From Takakia lepidozioides (taxonomy: Eukaryota > Plantae > Bryophyta), in the NCBI GenBank assembly GCA_030704615.1, contig CM060734.1, forward strand, positions 41,974,001 to 42,038,000: DNA of 64,000 nucleotides, written 5' to 3'. The notes below the pieces were generated by a model. The model searched no databases. It was not told the origin of the DNA and worked only from the letters and a program-made list of their open reading frames with translations. Position 1 is the first letter of the stretch, and the number at the start of each line of letters is the position of its first letter. A program made the translations under genes and the position numbers. This document shows positions 35,791-49,300 of the stretch, one piece after another.

Positions 35791-38700
35791 CTTATCCGCC
35801 GGATAAAAAGTAGATGAAAAAAAAGCCCTTTTAGATAAATAAAAACAAAAGTTAGTTTTCATGTTAAAACAAGCGGCTAGTCGCGTAATGGCTCCACCCT
35901 ACAAGTCTAAGTAGAAAATTTCCCTAAAATCTTATATTGAGATAAGGTGATCATGTATTCAAACTATATTTTAAACATGTTCAACATAAGAGGAAAAATT
36001 ATTTGTTGATTTATAAAGGCGAAGACGGACTTGGCCCTGGCAAACTTTATTGATATATGAATTAAATACTGATGTATGATATTAAAAAATTGAAAACAAA
36101 TATAAGAATGAATGATCTTCAGATTTTATTAAGTATTAAAATATTGAGATGCTTGTTGAAATACTAACTGAAATATTGAAATTCTTGTTGAAGTCAGAAG
36201 AATTAGCTGAAATATTAAAATACTTGCTGCAAATCTGGCTGAATTGCTGAAAATCTTGATTGAGATATTGAAATACTGAAATTTGATGGACTAAGCTCTT
36301 GGACGCCCTTGGGCTTTACATAAAGTTTCTATTTTTTTTCTTTTTGGTCTGAGCAATCTTTGGGTTTTCAGACATGATCTCTTGGTTTTGTTTTTCTAGT
36401 AACGTATGCCACATAAATCTTACATCGCACTTATTAGGGACCTTGGCTCCCTAAGACTCAACAGAAGTGGCAATGGAACTTCCACAAGGCTATTCCCAGG
36501 GATTATAGAGCACTAAAGAGGACTATGTCATTTCAATTGATGTGATGTGGCACTAGGATGCCGAGGCTTACCATTTGGGCATCAACACCACGTCCAGTAA
36601 GACCACTACTTAATACTGTACGATTGATGACACTACCCCTCGGGACCCTGGTCAGCACTAGAATCAACCATACTGTCCCCAGACATCTGACATATGACCA
36701 CTCGGACCTCTGGAGCCCCTTAGAAGACTAGTGGTAGATGTGAAGATGGTAGAGGATGTGAGATGGTCCCTGCTGCTGCAATAGTGCTCTTCAACGCAGA
36801 AAGCTCTGAGGTGCCAGTACCTAATTTAGACCATAGCCATTTGTATCATTCAAGGATCGTACCCACAATGATTTGGAGAGAGAGACACAAGCTTAAGGTA
36901 GTATAAGTACAAGCCTTCTTTCTCTCCCCTGGGATGTGCTTGTGAGGGTAAATCCTAGCATCTATTTTCAGCTCAGATCATTCATGGAAGAAATATACTA
37001 AAGAGATAAAAAACATAGGACTAGTCCTTGTGCAAAGAATCACACTTACTAACTGTTCCCTGGTATGAAGGACTTTTACCACTACGGTCCCATCACAATA
37101 CCTACCAGTCATAGGCTAATTCACGAGAGAGAAAAGATCATGTATAAAGGGCGGATATATGTTGAAATAATGGATACAAGGCTGGTAAAAAAAACAAGAA
37201 ATAAACTCTTCTCAGCACTGGGTTTTGCTACTTTCAGGTCAACATGGAAAGCCCACTATGTGGGGCATACATCATCTCACAACTCTCAAAACTGTCTTCA
37301 TCAACTAGGAATTGATGTCTGCTAGTCAAGTCAAACCTCTACCAAAGGAGTTGTTATACAAATGAAATTGAAATGGATAGTCGATTGCGTTTGACAGCTA
37401 TATTACAAAGGGAAAGGCTTTCAGTCCCTACCTGCCTGTTGTTTGAGCTGCATGTGACAGACCCCTAGCCTCTTTCTGCCTATATGAATGCTTTCTATGT
37501 AATAAGACAAAAGTGGAAGTTCAACCCTTGTCCCCAAGAGCATATCACAAAGCTGTATTTCAAGCCCTATGTTGCAGCCATGTGAGAAAGTCAGAATAGA
37601 GTGTGTACCTCAAACCGGTTCCAGAAGTAGAGGACAAGATGCTGCATGAAAGCCCATATGCTAGATACGAGAAGTCTGGCCAAACAGTAGCAAATCAAGC
37701 CATGACTAATGCAAGTATATATGTATGGAAGATCCAGGTAGCAGATTAGTTCTCAATCCTAGTGTAGTCCAATTGAAGTGGTTTGTACATATAGTCTTGT
37801 CAAATGCATATCCAGTAATATTTATTCTTATCGCAATCAACATAACTAGAGTATTCCACCTACACAAACATCTCTTTGGACAAAGATTTATTTGAGATAA
37901 CCATTCATAGAGTATGGAAAGTAGGAGGCATTCCGCCAGTTCTAACATCTTTTGTTTTCACTTGAAGCTCCAGTTAAGTGTTGGGATTGCACTCACATAC
38001 TCAATATGAAGATTTAGCAGCAGTTTCATGATGCTAAAAAACATAAAATTAGGTTGAGCTGAATTGGCCTAAAGACAGGGACAAAACTAGGACACATGTT
38101 AGAAGAAAGGTCCTGCTCAAACCCCAGCCCACCTGGTGGTCTTCAACAAACTAATAACAGTAGCCATCCTGAATGTTTTTGTTCACTGGAATTTCCAACC
38201 GTTTCAGATTACAAATGAATCCACCATGGAGGTCAAGGTAAGAGATGGCAAGTACCTAAATGATAACAGGGATGAGCACACTGTCTTCAAGCCGGCCGCT
38301 CCATCCATCTCCAGGCAGCACACCACAGAAACGGGCATGTGATAGCTCCAGATGATACTCTGCACTGCGCTAAGCAACCACTACTACATCCGCTGTTGCT
38401 TGGCGGCCCAAATTACTCTCTTTGTCTCGCATTGACCCAAATTCGTTAGGGTTCGAGCTGCTATGCAGCCCAACTTGAGAATCAGGGGATGGAAAGGACA
38501 AAGAGGGCGACCGTGATAGCTAGCATGTGCATGCTCATGGTGCAATCTCCTCCTTGCGAGGATGAATCGCACCCATTTCTCCACGCCCACATCCCACAAA
38601 GGCCAGGCTTTTGCGAACAAGAGAGTAAGGAAGAAGAAGAAACAGCTACCGGCTTTCACCGGTCTCCAGCCATTTATTAGTGGTTGTTACTGGTTAAAAA

Positions 38701-39519
38701 TATATTTCACAAACATAGCAATGTTAACTAGTGAAGGTATATCTATTATGTTTGGGTGTTTTTGGTGAAGGTATATCATGATCATCCATCTCTTCTTTGA
38801 CCTAGCCACGTGGCAAGTAGAATGGGCGTCGGTGGCCCGATGCCGGCGATCGGGTGCATGCAGGGTTGGCATGTCCGCCCGTGCGGACATGGGATGCCAC
38901 CCTGTGGCCAATGATGGGTGGCGGCAGCGTGGAACGGGCTCTCTCTTTGCACGCACAGAGTCTGGGTTCCTGGAGCTTGCAAATCGTGGCCCCTCTCGCA
39001 TTTCCTTGGCGCTTTTGTGTGCATGTTTTGCTTGATCTTCCGCGGATCGCCCGCATTCGCTTCATAGGGGGGTGTATTTCTGGGCTTCATTTTCAGGTCA
39101 TGGCGACTTACCTCTCCCAAGCTCGAAGTGGCGGGAGCTGTTCCATTTCCTGCTGTGTGTTCTAGACATTACAGCTCGGGGTGTGATTGCATTGACGCAG
39201 CTGTTAGGGCTGAGTGTTTGGCGTTTAGATTCTTGTGCCCTGCCGAATTTTCATTATAATGCAAGTTGTCATTTTTTCTTGCATATCGTTTTGTGAAATG
39301 CTTTTATGCATTTGGGCTCTGTGTTCTGTGTGGTAGGGGATGGTTGCAGAGGAGTGTGGTGTGCTGGAGTTTCATTTTGCAGCTGGTTTTGGAGAGTTTG
39401 CGAAATTCGCCGAGGTACATCATTCTTTCCTGTGCTTGGGGAAGATGGGCCATCTGCATTGATTCATCGTGAGGGCTTGCATTCATTTCCTGTGATCTCT
39501 GTCGGTCTCAGGGATTCGT

Positions 39520-42500
39520 ATGGCACCAAAGAGGAAGGACGCTCCTGTGCCTGAGCCACTGTCGCCCCCACCCGAGCTTGCAGCTGCCGCGGAGGTTATA
39601 AAGGAGTGGGCGCTTGAGGAGCAGCACTGCACTCCCGAGCAGTGCAAGGTAATATTGGGGTGTCTGTCTCCTGCCTTCCTTTGTAGTTTGCCTCCACCGC
39701 CGTTCGCCAATCGTTGGTGTCGCGCACCTCACTTCGGTAAGCTCCCATTCAAGTCATAGTTACTCGCTTTGATGCGCGCGCCTGACTCCCAACCTGGCCG
39801 CCGGGCCAACTTAGAGCTTCGGCTGCTCACCGGGACATAACGGTCCCCCTTCGCTCTCCCACTAAACCCTCCACCTATTTGGGCCTAGTGGAATTCCCTT
39901 AGGTAGATGGCAGTCCGGAACAGCTCCCCACTCTTTGGTCGCTTTCCGGTTCGCTCACTCACTAGTTTTTGGTCACCAACGGGCTTGCACCGTTCTCGGG
40001 GTCACTACTCCCCTTATATATACTTCTGTAGCTGTCCGCGGGGGTTTCACAACCAGCCATGCCATTTTATGGCGAACCACCACGAAAACCCTCGACTCCC
40101 GGTGATGAGTCGCGGTGAGTCTTGGCCCACTCACCACGGCCCCTATGGACCGTGATGAGTCCCAAGACTCCCCACGACTCCCACCACGAGGTCTCCGCCC
40201 CCATGGTGAGTCCTATGCCACCCCCACTAAGTCCCGCTAAGCTACCACCACCCCTTGTGGAGCCACCCCCACCGCAACCCGGTGTGCGGGGCTCCACCTA
40301 GTGAGCGCCTCCGCCTCCTTGAGTGCCTTGGGCACTCAAGGGTGCTTCAGCCCCCATACCTATCGCTGCCGCTGCCCCCACCACAGGGGCAGCCCCTCAT
40401 GTGTCCCGACCCCCTGCCCTCAAGGCAAAGGGCCGCGACAGTTGGCCTCACCACCCTCGTCCTCACAATTTTTGCTTTCTGTTTAGACGCCAGGTGGCTC
40501 TAGTTCTTGGTTGGAGAGAGAGAAGAGAGGAAGGTGATAAGGAGGGGTTCAGTGACATTGTGAATTCTGTTTTGAGAGATGATGTCTGGCCCGATGCCGA
40601 CAGTCAGGCGTCTGAAGGAGTTGGCTCGTGCAAAGAGGTCGGTTCATGCAAGTGTGACAACACCTCCCAAAGGTGTGGTGAGGAAAAAAAATAAGGGAGT
40701 GGTGAATTCGGGTGTTGTGGGATGTGTTGGCGGGCCTCTGGGTGCTAGGAGCATGCTTGCCGTCGGTCGGGCTGCCTTGGGGGACATGCATCCCAACACT
40801 GGTGCACTGGTTCATTTTGGTGAGGGGTCTTCTAATCCTGTTTTGGGCCACGATGAGGCCTCCTCCGACATGGACGAGGATTTTGAGGGTGACGATGGGT
40901 ACGTGGGCGACTCTGCTGACGAAGCAGACTGGGAAAACGAGGTGGTTGATATGGAGAGTGATGAGGAAATCTCGGCCGATTTTGTGGAGATGTTCAAGGC
41001 GAAGACGTGGGAAACCAACGCAGGCTCTGACTTTGTGAGTGATAGAGCTGCATTTTTTGGCCCTCAACGTGGTCCCTGCTTGCCTGAGATGAAGGGCTCA
41101 CATCCGATTTGGTTTTTTGGTTTGTTTTGGAGGCGACAGGTGCTTGGACGAATATGTAGGGAGTCCAATCATTATGCTGCTGAACCTTTCGGTACGGGCA
41201 CTCATGGGGGGCCTCGGTGGAAAGAGCTCATTGATCCTGAGCTCAGGGCTTGGATTGGGGTCTGTGTTTCCATGGGCATGAAGAAGTTGCCCCGAACACG
41301 ATTTTACTGGCAACACTCGGAGACATTCTTCGCTTGTTCTGTCATCCGCAAAGTGATGACTCGAGATAGGTATGAATGGTGTGGGACTGCATGCAGGTAT
41401 GCTGGAGGCTGTGGATGTGTGTGGGGCGTGGGGTGTGGGTATCTCTGATCTGTGGTGGGTATGGGTTCTTCTCAGGTTGGGGGGTTGTGTGTGTCCATGC
41501 TGGTTGATGGGCAGTGGGGGTCATGGGGGGCTGGTGGTGACGGTTCAATGGCAGTGGAGGGGTGTGGGGGTCATGGGGGTCTGCTGCTTGCTCATTGTGG
41601 GCTGTTTTGGTGATGGGGAAAGGGCTGGTGATGGTTCACAGGCTGTGGGGGTCATGGGGATCTGCTGCTGCTGGTTGAGGGGCTGTGGAGGTGATGGGGG
41701 TCCTTCAGTGTTGGCGTGTGTGCGTTGTGTTTGGGTGGTTTCACAGTTTTTTTTGGGGGGGGAGCAGCAGTCATGCTTGCTGGTTGTGGTTTTGGGGGTG
41801 TTGCTTGCTGCTTGGGGGGGGAATTGTCTGCACACCGGGTAGATCGGGGGGTTCAACTTCCCCGATCATGTCTTCGGGGTGGTGTGTGGTTTGGGTTCGC
41901 TGCAGTCAAAGAAAAAGCAGGAGCTCACAGGGAGCTTGAACACAGATGGGCCACATTCGTGACGGTTGGTAGTTGTTAGTTTTTCAGTTGCATGTCGGGT
42001 GGAACGCCGAAACGTCGGGCGTTCCCGGGCCTTTTTTTGGGTGTCGATTTTGGGGTCCCCCAAGTTTTCTATGTCAATCGGTGACGTAGCCCCTTTTTTG
42101 TAGCTAGAATTGTCTATCGGCTCAGGCAATACATGGCCTGAGCTGGGATTCAAGTAGAAAATACACCTACTTAGAAATCTCTGCCTGCATTTTGGTTAGA
42201 ATTCATAAATTCTTTTTGGAGGTAGTAGGAAATCATAGGAGGAACAATTCCACCGTTGGAATTCTGGTTCCAATGAAAATTTCGACCCCTATGGCTGAAT
42301 TACAGGTCAATTGAAGCAAATAGTGCTTTTTGACCCCCCTGTTTTCCCATACAAAGGAACCCTATGCAGATTTTGGAATTCTGCTTTGCAAATTTGGGGC
42401 AAGTTGCTTTAGGTGCCTGAGAATTGGAATGTGGTTGGGGTCTTGCAAGGAAAAAATATTTTTTCGGTCCAACTAGTCAAACCAAATTTTCCCTCTAAAA

Positions 42501-42726
42501 TTGGAATACACTACAGATTTAGAGCTTACCATTTTGTTATAATCTTCCTAATAACACGGTGAAATGGGCTCAAAGTCTTACAGCAGGTGCATGAGGTAGG
42601 TAGCGTCCTTTTCATACGGTTCATCCCTGTGGATGTTTCTTAGCTGGGAGATATACCCTCATCCGTGAGGGTATGTGCTGTTTTGGAGTGGGCCCACCAA
42701 AAACAGCCTCGTCCATTAGGGGTTAA
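39520..42726 (+). mobile_element. Internally deleted piggyBac-like DNA transposon; transposase N-terminal part 40579-~41380; right end ...ATTAGGGG|TTAA
   Basis: HPIWFFGLFW...ICRESNHYAA...WKELIDPELRAWIGVCVSMGMKKLPRTRFYW...IRKVMTRDRYE matches the piggyBac (DDE_Tnp_1_7) N-terminal pattern and is preceded by an acidic tract. GGG+TTAA at 42720-42726. The left TIR was not found. Confidence 0.75.
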
Positions 42727-42837
42727 AGTCCGTAGAGCCTTTTCCAATCGCACATAGTATCCGATCCAGACAGAAACTGCACACAAAACATATGCAGCCA
42801 AATATTGTATTCATAACGGGACCAAATGCCTAAGGTA

Positions 42838-43297
42838 CTCTCCCTTATCAACCGTTTAGGCATTTTTGCGCCTAATAATTATTAAAAACCAAACAGACTG
42901 CTTAGGCACGTTTCTCAAACCATTTATCACATTAGGCATCTTCATGCTATATTTTTTTTTAGTTAGGCACATGAGAAAAGAAAACATTTATTTTCTTAAG
43001 AATAAAAATACAAAATAGAAACCCAATGCCTCATGAGTCCATACTCCATTAGGTTTTCATAGGATTTGTAGGAAGTTATTTCCGCACGCCTATATTTGTA
43101 TTGATTTTCGTTCAATGAAATTTTCATCTTATTACAAACAAGATGAGAAGGAGCTTGAAAGTTTTTTGCTGCAATTTTCAGGCATTAGGCACTTTGGTCC
43201 CATAGTTTCCGAACAATTATGCCAAAATCTGAAAAATTCCCAAAATGCGTACTTTCATTTTGAATTAATTATTGCCTAAACGGTTGATAAGGGACCC
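42838..43297. mobile_element. MITE-like element with 22-bp perfect inverted repeats
   Basis: TCCCTTATCAACCGTTTAGGCA (42841-42862) / TGCCTAAACGGTTGATAAGGGA (43273-43294); AT-rich interior with TTAGGCA subrepeats. Confidence 0.8.
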
Positions 43298-43584
43298 TAA
43301 TACAGACAATTCCTAGATCAATTTGATAAATCAAAGAAATTACAATGCTTTATCCATCACTCAGAATGGAAAATTCAAGGCACCGAAAACTTGGCTAGGG
43401 TGAATTCTTGCCCGAGTTCACCCAGCGGATGAGTCCGCAGATTTCATCCGCCCATGTGCGTGGTCATGGCGGATATCCGCCCCCACATCCGCTGGGTCCC
43501 ACAGGGCTGATCCGCTGGCTGATCAGCCCTGCCCGCCCCCTCATGTGCGTAAGTACTAGAGTTGCATTTTTACATTCATCGATC

Positions 43585-43797
43585 TGGGCCGTCGATCCAG
43601 GCGCATCCCTGCCGTTCAAACTGGGCCCCACAAGCAAACGGCTGGTGGGGCCGCTCCATGGCCAACGTTGGGCAACTGCGTTCACGGAGCTGCGTCTGCC
43701 AACGCACAGCCCGGGCAGTGTGGGCTGGGTATCAAGGAACGATCGGACAAGGATTTGGGCAGAAGTAAGGAAGGTGATATGTTGAGGGCCTAGGGTT
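43585..43797 (+). promoter_or_regulatory. Site II (TGGGCY) cluster and telo-box-like motif upstream of MED11
   Basis: TGGGCC at 43585 and 43622, TGGGCT at 43721, TAGGGTT at 43791. Confidence 0.4.
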
Positions 43798-43801
43798 CAG
43801 T

Positions 43802-45042
43802 ATGGCAGCAGCCCTGATCACCACACCTGGGGCACCTTCCACCCCATTGCAACGACTGCACCATGCGGAGAAGGTGCGAGTCTATTGACGGTGATTGTGT
43901 TTCCTTTTGTTGTTACATTATGTTAGCTTCACAGATTCGCGCGATGGGTTTCTCTTTCCCACATGGGTCCTTCGTTTCTCATTTTGTATGCCCGTATTTG
44001 AAGATGCCTACTCCTGTGCGTCCTTTAAGTGTACAAGCTACTTATCCACGTATCACTCCTGGGTGGGGTCTGCTTTCTGAGAGAGACAAACAGAGGAGGG
44101 AGGAGGAGTGGAGGGCAGGGAGAGGGAATGTCTGGTTCACTTAAGCTTTAAACCCTAAGGCGTTGTTTATAGCGTCTCTCAGTATGAAGCCTTGACGGCG
44201 ATCAAGGTATTTGAGTGTGAAATGAATTGTATTGCTTATCTTTTTGGCGAACAATTCATCGTTGCTTTGTACAAAACCAGTGGAAATGAGCTTATAGAAA
44301 GGTTCAATTCATGAAGTTTCAGTGCAGGAAGGGGTGCGTGTTTGTTTTGAAAAAATAAGTGGATTTCAGATCTACTTCCATATTCATGCAATGAAGGCAA
44401 AGTGCTCATGAAGCTGACGTACCACAGAGGATCGTGCACATGGTGGAGCTGGCGGGAGGTGTGATGGAAGAGTTGGCCAAAGCTGGTGGACCTCGTAGCG
44501 ATGTTGTGGCTGCCCAATGCCAGGAGTTCATGCAGGCTGTCAAGGTGATCCTTCATTTCACAAGACCACGCTTAATGAGCACAGTTCTCTTCTTCTCCAT
44601 CACTCCCCTTACGCTGTTGTGCCAGCGGTAGGGGCCACATCTACCAAGCGTAATTCAAGCAAGAACCGTAGGTGGGAAACCATTCCTGCGAGAACAGTAC
44701 CCTGAAGGGCACGGGTGCTGTATGCATGTGCAGTATTTTGCATGTCAATGACCTCTTAATATTGAGGTTTCTATCACTGACTGGATTCTGATAGGCAACT
44801 AATTTGATAGTGGCGATGACATATCCAGTGACTAATCTTTTCTTTGGATTGACCAACAGGAGATTCAAGTGACACTACGGGATGAGATTAAGAGCATGTG
44901 CGAGTATCGACCTTATGAGCACTCGGACTACCCTGCCCGCATGGCAGCTGAAATAAGTGTAAAGAAACTGGATTGTGTCCTTGTGCAGCTTGGGGTTATG
45001 CAAGACACTGTCACAGAATACCAGGACGCAAAACCCTCTTAG
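43802..45042 (+). CDS. MED11: Mediator subunit 11, 123 aa; exons 43802-43873, 44428-44544, 44860-45042
   Basis: ...TPLQRLHHAEK | RIVHMVELAGGVMEELAKAGGPR...CQEFMQAVK | EIQVTLRDEIKSMCEYRPYEHSDY...*. Matches plant MED11; both introns are phase 0 GT-AG. Confidence 0.92.
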
Positions 45043-46154
45043 TCCATAGCATTCAATGTTTTTCCTACCTATCTAGAGGACATGCTACTTGTTTGTGAGG
45101 AGGGAGAGAGAGGGAGATCCAAAGAGAATTTGCATATTTTCTGACAATATAAGAGTATCTAGAGTTGATGAGGGTTGATTGCAATGATCGTGCATGTAAC
45201 TGGAATCACTCCACATTGATTTGGGAGCCACTTAGTACAAGATGGAATAAATTACAGAGCAGCTGATGCCTGGCATGACTATTTGTTATGCCCAGACATA
45301 TGAATCATGTAAACCAAAATGTGGTATGCCTTGATTTCATTGGTTGTAGATTGCTTTGTGTGGAAGGGAAATTTCATGTGAGTTTTCTGGCCAGAGCTGT
45401 TGTTACTTACTGTTGGTATTTTGGGTGGCCAGAGGGCAAAGTGGCTTCTGTGTGCCATGTTTTGACAATGTATATTTGATTTCATACTGGGATTGTGACC
45501 ATTCTTGCATATAGGCCAGGAATTGAGAAGAGTACCTAGCAGTTCTTTCTCATCCTACAGGAACGGGCTACACTGCTCAAAGTGAACACCATGTTTTGCA
45601 TACTCCTTAGGTTTCAAAATGTTTTGGGATAGACAAAGTGGCAGTCCCCTGCACTCTAGGTGGAGAGTTGGATGTGTGCTATGAAAGCGAATGTCTATCA
45701 AGAAGCGCAAATTCTTGCTGGAATGGGACTCATCCCGAAATGATTTACAGATTTTACACATACATCTACACATTCTTTGTGCACCAGCAACCTACTTTAG
45801 TTGATGCTTATGGAATGTTCTTCAAAGGTTTGATCGCGACCCCAAACTCTTTCAGTGCACCCCAATTCAGTGTCTGGAATAACTAGACGAATATCCGACG
45901 TTCATCCCTTTCCCCCCCGCTGAGGTTTCCCTCGAGAGGGACGCAAGAGAGACAGAAAAATCATGCTCAGATCTCCCCGAAGTTGCGGCGGAGTCTGTAT
46001 ATGTTGAGGGAGAAGCAGAGAGGGACCTGGAGTCTTACCTGCTTCTGCAAGGAAAACCTCACTTGAGGAGCTTCAAACTACTATCTAAGACACTGTAGGT
46101 TTTCCAGTGGATTTACTCCCGAACCTTTCCTCAGGTCCGTGTGCGCGTGTATAC

Positions 46155-46156
<2 letters not shown>

Positions 46157-46215
<59 letters not shown>
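46157..46215. repeat. (GA)n microsatellite just upstream of the GC6 ATG
   Basis: Direct observation. Confidence 0.97.
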
Positions 46216-46220
<5 letters not shown>

Positions 46221-46304
46221 TAGATAGAGTTGCAAGGGACATTTTAAAAGTGTCCTTACGGCAGCGTAGGGCTCAGTTGGGCTGGCAAGCGCGGGGAGGC
46301 AACT

Positions 46305-49300
46305 ATGGCGTTCAAGATAGGACCAATTAACCTCAATGCTGTCGCTCAGGTACATGTTCTCTTGGATTTTGATCTGAAGGAAAATCGAGGTTCAAGCAAG
46401 CGTGCAATTTGACAGGCTTACAATTTTACCATATGCAATTTTTCGATTTGGTCACAAACAGGTTTAGAATCGGTGGAATTGAATTGGCTGTTTTCAAGAG
46501 TGCGGTCAAATCTTCCTGGGAAACTACCAGCAGTGCTTTTCTCTGTTGTTTGCAAAGGATTGACCGGATCTGACTCTGGTTGGTGGCTATCAGCACAACA
46601 CAAACCATAATTGCCGTCTAGTAGCAATAGAACAGCTAGATAAATACTCTCTTACCTTTTCTAGTCTCCCGGAAGTCGAGGGCGAGTTCATTGTGACAAG
46701 GCTAGGGCAAAGACTATGTGAAAAACACCTCCCCTTCCCACCCCTCCCCTCCCCTCCCCGTCAATGGGGCGTACGGCACAATCAATACATTCTCTAGGCG
46801 GGTGAAGCGAGCCCTGACATATAAAACAGAAAGGCACTACATGAGAGTGTATTTTCAACTCAAATAATACTAGCTTCAGTTATCTAAGTGGCTTTGGAGG
46901 CTAACTGTTTTGCTAAGCTTTTCAGTGGGACTTGTAGTGCATGCCCACTTTGAGACATAGGTGGAGAGTCAGAAAAATCGTTGCACAATCTAGCATACTC
47001 TGAATCATGTTGCAGATTGGGGTTTAGTAACTCTTGGTGATGTATTGGCGCCAATGTAGGGGGTGACTGTTTTCAGGATACGAGACATCCCTTTCATTTG
47101 TGAGCTGGAAATACTGCCTTTATAATCTTGCAAGTAAAACTTACTGCAAATTTAGTGGGGACTATTTTCAGAATGCTTGACATCCTAATCATCTGTGAGC
47201 TGGAAATACCACCTTTATAATCATGCTGTACTTGGAATGGAAGCAATCCTGGTTTGAAAGAAGTTACGGACACAAAGATAAGGAGTTCACATCCACCTGA
47301 GATGCTAAGTTTATTACTTCTTGGTTGTACCATAACTTCACCTTGCCCATGGTGGAAGTGGTGCAGGGTGTTGGCGGGCTAGTATTTGGAAGTGGCCAGA
47401 AATCTCCAGAGGAAGATGATGGGTAAGAAACTTTTCTTTGATGTTTTCACAGTTGCACATTTATGGAGTTGCTGCTAACAACTGGGAGGACAAAGTTGCC
47501 TCATTTGTCAGATAGCGGTAGTACCTGAGTCAGTCTTACCCTACCCTGCTACAATATTCAGTGTCTCATGCGGGGTTGAATTGAATACCGTCATCACTGT
47601 ATGCCCTAGGATCAGATACTGATAACCAAACTATCCCACCTCATACAGAGAGAAATTGCCTGTGGTATCATCTCTTGCACCAGTCAGCCATTTTGGCACC
47701 ATCAGTCAAACCCCACTTACTCCCTTTGTATCCTAAGTAATGTCCACGGGCAGGATGCCCCTGCAGCTACCCTTCCTGCACAACACTTTGAGCAGTTTTG
47801 TTTTGCTCAAACGATGGCTTTCTCAGCACAAGCTAATATGAAGTTTCGAGTGCTTAAGTGATATGCTTACTGTTTTGATTAGCTTTGCCTGCTGAGTGCT
47901 AGCCTTGTTACTTTCCAAAAAAGTGGCAAAAACTGTGTACGAACATTTGTAATATACTTTGGCCACAAATTTGGGTTTAGTATTATATGTGATCTACACC
48001 TCCTGTCGGGAGCTCATGAAGTTGGTGGGGGGTGGTGGCAGCTTGTCACTGCTACACACTCTGAATGGTCTGAGACTGTGATTGACATCACACTGTTAAG
48101 ACTGCACCCTATATGTTGTGCTGGTTTAGGTTTCAACTTTGACTGGCAACAACCACAACAGGTTACCTTTAGGGGTCTGTGTGGAGATGTTTGTACCTAC
48201 ATAGGTGATGTTTGCTTCACAGGACCCCATTAAATAGGTTATTCCTAGGGCCCACTGCCCAAATCCATTGAGCACATCCATCAGAGGAATGGTTAATGAA
48301 CTTCCTGTCATTGGTAACATGGTTACTCTTCGTTTCATTATTAATCATGGAGGTCTGAACAACTGCGGCACCGCACGCACGTTCATGGACAGACGCATGT
48401 GTGTACAGCCCTCACCTTACAGCTGTGTGGATAGGGTATGAGACATCCGTTTTAGGAAATCAGTTTGCGTTCATCAACATCACTTTCAAACTTCCTAAGT
48501 GTATGGCATCTTGTATGTGGGAATAGAGGAGTGGAGGAGCTGCTGGAACGAATCAGCAATGGCAAGCTTGCTGACGATCGTCGTAATGCCATGGCTCAGC
48601 TTGAGGCTGCCGTGGCAGAGAACCGAGTGGCAAAGCTTGCATTTGGGTCTATGGGTAAGCACTACTGTTCTTTGGTGTCATTGTTGGGAGCCTAGGAGAA
48701 AAGTGAGTTTTCTGGTTCTGCCTCCAATATATAGGTTTTAACTGAGGGGCCTGATTTATGATATGTATCACAACCATTTCAGGTGAAATTGTGGTGCTGA
48801 AGAGGTTGCAGTGTCCCTGTTTGTGAACAGGGTTTCCTATTCTCATGTCAGTTTTCAGAGAGGAGCGGGATGATCTGGAGATGGTTTGTAGCCAAATCTT
48901 CTCTCAATAACTGGTTTTCCACAGTTTGGGTGTGGGGGCTGTAGTTCAAATTTCTCCATGGTTCGGAATTTTGTTTAAGGGATATTGCGTTAGTTGCTGG
49001 CAAATAATACTTATCATGTCTCATTTTGGACATGGAAGGAGGGAGTTCCAAATTGGAACATTTATGCTTGTATCAACCTGGTCTATGGTCATCTCTCTAC
49101 TGCTTGACCTTTTCCATTGCCGTACCTTGAAGGGAGGCAGAATTGAAACTCAAGATATATTTCACTGCAGTGGAAGTGTTATTATTTCACACACAGCTGT
49201 TTGATTTGGTATATGAAATTGTCTGGAACAGGTGAGGGGGGCGTTGGAAACATTATTGCATGCACTGACAGCAGAGGGTTTGATACATGAAGAGCCAGGC

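Noticed and set aside
36400-37700. Possible decayed integrase zinc-finger region (H..H...C.C)
   Set aside because: No continuous frame or unambiguous motif could be recovered.
41372-41979. Gly/Val/Cys-rich ORFs after the piggyBac-like ORF
   Set aside because: The G/T low-complexity tract lacks stops by composition and shows no transposase motifs.
47349-47366. In-frame ATG as the GC6 start
   Set aside because: GTGCAG at 47361-47366 is a plausible acceptor, and an upstream phase-0 exon MAFKIGPINLNAVAQ (46305-46349) fits plant GC6 structure better. The alternative is not fully excluded.
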